Below are positions 13,546 through 18,587 of a DNA stretch of 18,587 nt, in pieces. Below the pieces are notes generated by a model, which was not told where the DNA came from, did not search any database, and saw only the letters and a program-made list of their open reading frames with translations. The translations under genes were made by a program, and so were the position numbers. This DNA is from Methanobacterium sp. (GTDB lineage Archaea; Methanobacteriota; Methanobacteria; Methanobacteriales; Methanobacteriaceae): the NCBI GenBank assembly GCA_003166335.1, contig PMWA01000055.1, positions 8,403 to 26,989 of the forward strand, read 5' to 3'. The stretch's first letter is position 1, and the number at the start of each line of letters is the position of its first letter.

Positions 13546-13589
13546 TATTTATGGTGTACGGTGTATCACTACCATAAATAAACTTTTCT
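13546..13589 (-). promoter_or_regulatory. Putative hdrA promoter (BRE/TATA-like) overlapped by a 10-bp perfect inverted repeat
   Basis: Minus strand reads AGAAAAG-TTTATTTA (BRE+TATA-like, 13589-13575). TATTTATGGT (13546-13555) and ACCATAAATA (13571-13580) form a perfect inverted repeat with a 15-bp spacer. Confidence 0.55.
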
Positions 13590-13706
13590 ATTTATTTTTT
13601 TATACAAAGTTTATATACTAAAACGTTTTGAAGTCAAATTTCACATAAAGTCCTAATTCTCTAGAAAAGAAAAAGTAATAGTTCTATAATTATAATTTAG
13701 TAGAAC

Positions 13707-14642
13707 TCAATCAACAATTCCCTCAGTCACGATTTTGAACACAGCTTCTCCTTCAGGTAAATGAGGGCTATCCACTAATCTGGCTATTCTTTTACCAGCT
13801 AAGCCTTTTTTAAGCCATACTCGATAAGTGGCTGCATGACCTAATACATGTCCTCCAATAGCTTTAGTGGGGCTCCCAAAAAATGCATCTGGACGAGCCT
13901 GAACTTGATTAGTGACAAATACACCTACATTATAAGTGTTGGCGATGTTCTGTAAAGTGTGGAGATGCTGATTCAATTTCTGTTGTCTCATAGCTAATGA
14001 TTCTCTACCAATATATTCTGCACGGAAATGCGCTGTTAGAGAATCTACAATGACTAATCTTATATTAATGCCACTTTGTATAAGTTCATTAACTTTATCC
14101 GCCATTAATATTTGATGACTAGAATTAAAAGCCCTAGCAATATGTATTTTACGTAAAACCTCCTCCACATCCAACTCAAATCCTTCTGCTATCTGGTCAA
14201 TTCGTTCTGGACGAAAAGTGTTTTCAGTATCTATGAAAACACATTCACCATCGAGTCCACCTTTATCGGTGGGTAATTGCACAGTAACAGCTATTTCATG
14301 AGATATCTGACTTTTACCAGAACCAAACTCACCAAAAACCTCAGTTATAGCTTGTGTTTCAATGCCGCCTCCTATTAACTCATCTACAGCGGTACTTCCA
14401 ACCGTAATTCGGCCAACATCCTTACGCCGTTCCATTACATCTAAAGCAGTTTCAAAGTCAATTTGCTCAGATTTCCTTGCTGCTTCTATAACTTTTTCAG
14501 CTACACCTTCACCAATTTCTGCTTTGACACTTAATTCTTTGGCAGTGGCGGTAGCCAATCTCATCATATCACCGAAACCGGCGTCCCTCAGTTTTTGGGC
14601 TGTTTTCTCCCCGACACTTGGTAATTCTTCTAGTTCAACCAT
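13707..14642 (-). CDS. radA: DNA repair and recombination protein RadA
   Basis: N-terminal HhH domain ([15 protein letters not shown]), Walker [21 protein letters not shown], Walker [33 protein letters not shown]. 311 aa, no intein. Confidence 0.98.
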   Translation of the reverse strand: MVELEELPSVGEKTAQKLRDAGFGDMMRLATATAKELSVKAEIGEGVAEKVIEAARKSEQIDFETALDVMERRKDVGRITVGSTAVDELIGGGIETQAITEVFGEFGSGKSQISHEIAVTVQLPTDKGGLDGECVFIDTENTFRPERIDQIAEGFELDVEEVLRKIHIARAFNSSHQILMADKVNELIQSGINIRLVIVDSLTAHFRAEYIGRESLAMRQQKLNQHLHTLQNIANTYNVGVFVTNQVQARPDAFFGSPTKAIGGHVLGHAATYRVWLKKGLAGKRIARLVDSPHLPEGEAVFKIVTEGIVD

Positions 14643-14711
14643 TTTAATCCCCTTTAAGTCTTTAAATTATTTATATAAATATTTTTGAATCCAAATGGAT
14701 TAATTCTAATT

Positions 14712-17096
14712 TTATAATTTCTTATCTAAAATTTTTTTCGCGATAAGTCTTATTTCTTCATTGTAATCATCAAAACGAGCATCTGCAAGAATACTTATTT
14801 CAGTTTCCACCAGATCATTCACCAAATCTTCCAAAGAACCCTCATCTCCTGTTTCTTTAATAATATCCTCTACTTTTTGAGTAGTCTTTCCAATTATTTC
14901 TTCTGCAGCTTTTCTAAAGAAAGTAACAGTTATAGTCCCGGTTTCATCTTCAATTACTAAGGGAATTATCAATAGTGGATTGGGATTTTCTACGTCTTCA
15001 CCGCACATGTCACAGACATAACCATCTTCTGTGAGCGTAACTCTTTTATTACAGTTTGGGCACATTTCATAAAGTATTTTATTACCGTGAGCATCGATTA
15101 TTTTTCCAATAACCTTTATATTTTGGTCATTTTCCTCGATTTCATCAATCTTTTTGGTTGGATACATTTTCTCTTGTATTTCATTCATAGTTGGAATATT
15201 TTTAGATTCTTCTTTTTTTACTTTAATTAGGGATGTACTTTTACTTATGCTAAGCTCTGTTCGTTCATTTCTAAATACTACCCTAGGATTCTCTATTTTC
15301 ACTGCGTCTCCTTCATTTAAAGGATTTTCGGCCTTTTCATCCCATAATGACAACCGAATTACTCCAGTTTTGTCCCCTAATTCTGATGAACGCACTATTC
15401 CAGAGCTTCCGTCGCTTTTGGTGAATTTATTAGGCTCATATAACGCTAATATTCTACCGATTATCCTTACGTTCCGATCTCCTTCTTTTAATTCATCAAT
15501 ATTTTTGTTTTCATAAATTGAATCTTCAATTTCATTAACAGAAGGTAAATTTTCAATTTCTTCAGCATTTGGTTTCAGCAGTCGGGCGGGTTTCCCAACG
15601 CTGAGTTCTATATCATAAATTCCCATACGTGTTCGGGCATTTTCAATTTTAACAGCATCACCTATATTCAATCCACTTTCAGCCTTTTCATCCCATAAAG
15701 AAACCTTTACCACTCCACTGTTATCAGCGATTTCTGTAGATATCACCATACCACTGCTTCCATCATCCCTCTGAAATTCATTGGGTTCAGAAATATTTAT
15801 CACCCTACCAATAATGTCTACTTCTTCCCCTTCATCTTCAATGGCATTAAGATCTCCAATTTTAACTGGTTTAAGGTATTTACCACATTCTTGGAGTATT
15901 TCCTTTATCTGACTTTCTAACGGTGGGTTTATAATTATCTTGGTATTCCAGTTTGTATTTACCCGATAATCGGTTCCTGAATATTGGTCAAATTCAATGT
16001 TTCCTCCAATTATTTTGATGATGTCTCCTTTTTGGAATTCTAATGTTGTGTCATCGTTCCACAGAGTTATTTTTATCCTTCCGGTGTCATCTTCTATTTC
16101 CATGGATCGTACTTGTCCGGTACTTCCATCATTCCGCATAAATGTTATAATATCGTATATTTTACTTATCACACCTAATAGGGTGACGTTTTTTATTTCA
16201 TGTGCATCTCCAATTTTTAAGATGTTTTCATGATATTTGGGTACATCAAATTCATCTTTAATTATCCTACCTAGGTAATTATGTGATAGTGAAGTTTCGC
16301 CGTTCCTTACTCTGCTTTGAGCTCCTAATATTTTTATTGAATCTCCTTCTTGGAGATCCAGATTTTCTATGAGATCTACATCTTTGTTCCATAATGTATA
16401 GGATATTTTCCCTGTTTTATCTTGTATTTCTATGGATGCTACTTGTCCTTCCTTTCCATTTTTGTTAAAGGTTCTTATTCTGGGAATTCTTATGATTCTA
16501 GCGATAATATTAACTTCCATATCTTGTCGTATATCTGTTATGTTGGTTATTTCTTCATTATATGGTGGTAAGTTAGGATATTCATCTTCAGCAAGTTTTT
16601 GGATGGTTGAATTCATGTTTAGATGGGCTTCATTATTCTCTGCTCTAAATCCCTGTTTAATCTCCACATCATTTATTCTTATTACATTGCCTTCCTTGAA
16701 TTTTTTTAAGAGTTTAACATTTTCTGTCCACATTACCACTCTTATTTGGCCTTGTTCGTCTGCTAAAAGCAGGTTAGCAAGTTTACCTGATCTTCCTTTC
16801 TGATTGGTGAACTTTTTCACATTGGAAATTCTCATTATTTTACCAATCAGATTTACATTATGATTTCCAGCTTTTAATTCTGATATTTTAATTAAAGGAT
16901 TATCTTCTGATAAGGGCTGGTTTTCTTCGTCTAAATGTTCTCCCACAATCATTCGGGCAACGTCTAGTTCACCCATGAAACTTACTTCTTCATAATCTTT
17001 CATTCGGGATTCCATTTCCTTTAAGAAATCTTCATATGAGATTTTATCTTTTATCTTCTCATATTCTTTCATTATCTCCTCATTCACTTCTTTCAT
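14712..17096 (-). CDS. rpa: Replication protein A (multi-OB-fold ssDNA-binding protein with C-terminal C4 zinc finger)
   Basis: Four tandem OB-fold repeats (pattern D.TG.I...LW....) plus a fifth OB fold containing CPNCNKR...CDMC. 794 aa, directly upstream of radA, RBS GAGGGA. Confidence 0.95.
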   Translation of the reverse strand: MKEVNEEIMKEYEKIKDKISYEDFLKEMESRMKDYEEVSFMGELDVARMIVGEHLDEENQPLSEDNPLIKISELKAGNHNVNLIGKIMRISNVKKFTNQKGRSGKLANLLLADEQGQIRVVMWTENVKLLKKFKEGNVIRINDVEIKQGFRAENNEAHLNMNSTIQKLAEDEYPNLPPYNEEITNITDIRQDMEVNIIARIIRIPRIRTFNKNGKEGQVASIEIQDKTGKISYTLWNKDVDLIENLDLQEGDSIKILGAQSRVRNGETSLSHNYLGRIIKDEFDVPKYHENILKIGDAHEIKNVTLLGVISKIYDIITFMRNDGSTGQVRSMEIEDDTGRIKITLWNDDTTLEFQKGDIIKIIGGNIEFDQYSGTDYRVNTNWNTKIIINPPLESQIKEILQECGKYLKPVKIGDLNAIEDEGEEVDIIGRVINISEPNEFQRDDGSSGMVISTEIADNSGVVKVSLWDEKAESGLNIGDAVKIENARTRMGIYDIELSVGKPARLLKPNAEEIENLPSVNEIEDSIYENKNIDELKEGDRNVRIIGRILALYEPNKFTKSDGSSGIVRSSELGDKTGVIRLSLWDEKAENPLNEGDAVKIENPRVVFRNERTELSISKSTSLIKVKKEESKNIPTMNEIQEKMYPTKKIDEIEENDQNIKVIGKIIDAHGNKILYEMCPNCNKRVTLTEDGYVCDMCGEDVENPNPLLIIPLVIEDETGTITVTFFRKAAEEIIGKTTQKVEDIIKETGDEGSLEDLVNDLVETEISILADARFDDYNEEIRLIAKKILDKKL

Positions 17097-17517
17097 TTAA
17101 ATTCCCTCAATTTCCATTTGTTTAATTTTATATAATTAATTACAAATATTTTTAGCAAATTAAGTAAATTATTAATAATATACATATTTTTATTATTAAA
17201 TACTTAAATTTATATGAATATCAACATCATTATTATAATTCTAACTACTAAGTAATTTCTTTAAATTTTACTATTTACAAATTCATAAAAAAATTAATTT
17301 AAAATGTTAATTTTCAATCTAAACTGAATTCTGGATACTGTTGAAGGCCTGACAATTACAGTTTAATTAAATAATCTTCTAAATTATCTATGATTTTCTC
17401 AAAAGAATTATCATATTATTCTATATGCGGATTATTGAATTGTGTGTAAAATAATTTGCGCTTTTATAAGGGTAATTGTTAAGCTGTTACTTTAGGATTG
17501 CAAACTTTTTCCATAAC

Positions 17518-17568
17518 TTTTAAATAGTTAGTATATTATAATAATAGTTAGTTAGATAAAACTATTTA
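17518..17568 (+). promoter_or_regulatory. Putative promoter and autoregulatory operator of the MarR gene
   Basis: TATA-like TTTTAAATA (17518-17526), direct repeat AATAGTTAGT (17523-17532 and 17543-17552), and inverted half-site AACTATTTA (17560-17568), just upstream of RBS GAGGTGA. Confidence 0.6.
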
Positions 17569-17590
17569 TCATTAATGAGGTGAATTTATT

Positions 17591-18049
17591 TTGAATCAGG
17601 AGCTTGAATTGGTAGAAACTATTGATAAATTAAGTGGTTTCATTGAAACATTACAAACACAGCTACTTAGTGGAGATTTAAAGGGATATACGCTGAGACA
17701 ACTGTATTATATCGAATTAATCAATAAACATGAAAACATTAGCGTTTCTGAATTAGCGAAAATGCTGGATGTCAAAAAATCGACGATTTCAATTGCTATT
17801 AACCAACTAATAAAGCGAAATATAGTAACTAAGAATCAATCAATTATTGATAAACGTTTTTATTTCCTTCAACTGACACCCCAAGGCAAAGATATAATGA
17901 AAATACATATGAAAGTTCATAATGATGCAATTAAACAAATTTTAAAGATTCTAAACCAAAAAGAAGTTGAATATTTCATTAAAACTGTAAATAAAATTAC
18001 ACATCCAAATAAAAAACGAGCATTAAACAAATACAGACAGATAACTTAA
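17591..18049 (+). CDS. MarR family transcriptional regulator
   Basis: 152 aa with winged-helix pattern SVSELAKMLDVKKSTISIAINQLIKRNIV, wing DKR, and LTPQG. TTG start with strong RBS GAGGTGA. Confidence 0.92.
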   Translation: MNQELELVETIDKLSGFIETLQTQLLSGDLKGYTLRQLYYIELINKHENISVSELAKMLDVKKSTISIAINQLIKRNIVTKNQSIIDKRFYFLQLTPQGKDIMKIHMKVHNDAIKQILKILNQKEVEYFIKTVNKITHPNKKRALNKYRQIT

Positions 18050-18201
18050 TTCAATCTAATATTATAATCAAATTTATATTACAATGGGATGTTTAGTGAT
18101 AAGAATTATTAGATGAGTAATAATAAATTAATGAAACGATAAAATTAATGATAGATTATTAAATTGATGAAGTAAATTAAGTCATAAAGGAGAATAAAAG
18201 C

Positions 18202-18587
18202 ATGGAAATGACTATGGCGGAGAAGATACTAGCAAAAGCTTCTGCAAAAAAAAGTGTTGAAGCTGGAGAAATAGTGATGGCCAATATTAATGTGGCAATG
18301 ACTCATGATTTAACTGGTCCTTTATCTGTAGAATCATTTAAGAAAATAGGAGTGAAAAAAATCTGGGATCCAGAAAAGGTCGTCGTGATTTTCGATCATC
18401 AAGTACCCGCAGATTCACTTGAAGCTGCACAAAATCATATTATAATGAGGGAATTCGTTAAAAAACAGGGAATAAATAATTTTTACGATATTAATGAAGG
18501 AGTGTGCCATCAAGTGCTCCCCGAAAAAGGACATTTTCTTCCAGGGGAGGTGGTGGTTGGTACTGATTCTCACACTTGTACACACGG
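18202..18587 (+). CDS. leuC: 3-isopropylmalate/citramalate dehydratase large subunit (LeuC; archaeal aconitase family), 3' end truncated by the window
   Basis: Manual translation from ATG 18202 (RBS AAAGGAGA): [14 protein letters not shown]...[10 protein letters not shown]...[18 protein letters not shown]...[12 protein letters not shown]...[14 protein letters not shown], open to the window end. The paralog homoaconitase large subunit (HacA/AksD) cannot be fully excluded. Confidence 0.85.
   Translation, partial: MEMTMAEKILAKASAKKSVEAGEIVMANINVAMTHDLTGPLSVESFKKIGVKKIWDPEKVVVIFDHQVPADSLEAAQNHIIMREFVKKQGINNFYDINEGVCHQVLPEKGHFLPGEVVVGTDSHTCTH

Noticed and set aside
13707..14642. Possible intein in RadA
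   Set aside because: The protein is standard length (311 aa) and continuous after Walker A, the usual insertion site.
15330..15698. Direct repeat GCCTTTTCATCCCATAA inside rpa
   Set aside because: Encodes the LWDEKA motif of duplicated OB folds; it is a protein-domain repeat, not a CRISPR or mobile-element repeat.

Overview
AT-rich archaeal chromosomal window, most likely from a Methanobacteriales methanogen (Methanobacterium-like; inferred from gene content, archaeal-type MAT/RadA/RPA/HdrA and GGAGG/AGGTGA ribosome-binding sites). It is mostly conserved housekeeping sequence. Minus strand, in the direction of transcription: rpa, radA, hdrA, glyA, dmrX-like Fe-S flavoprotein, archaeal SAM synthetase, ileS, purL and a polyprenol/dolichol-kinase-family membrane protein. 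Plus strand: a DUF192 gene, a small hypothetical gene, a MarR regulator and the 5' end of leuC (cut by the window edge and missing from the ORF track). I see no CRISPR array, rRNA/tRNA, prophage or intact transposase, and no clear new multi-gene system. The most interesting signals are non-coding. The ~900 bp hdrA-glyA gap holds a 106-bp MITE-like element (imperfect 17-bp terminal inverted repeats flanked by TTAA) next to a ~200-bp GC-elevated, hairpin-rich island. A perfect 10-bp inverted repeat covers the putative hdrA promoter, and the orphan MarR gene has a candidate self-operator. PurL also seems to carry a linker insertion.
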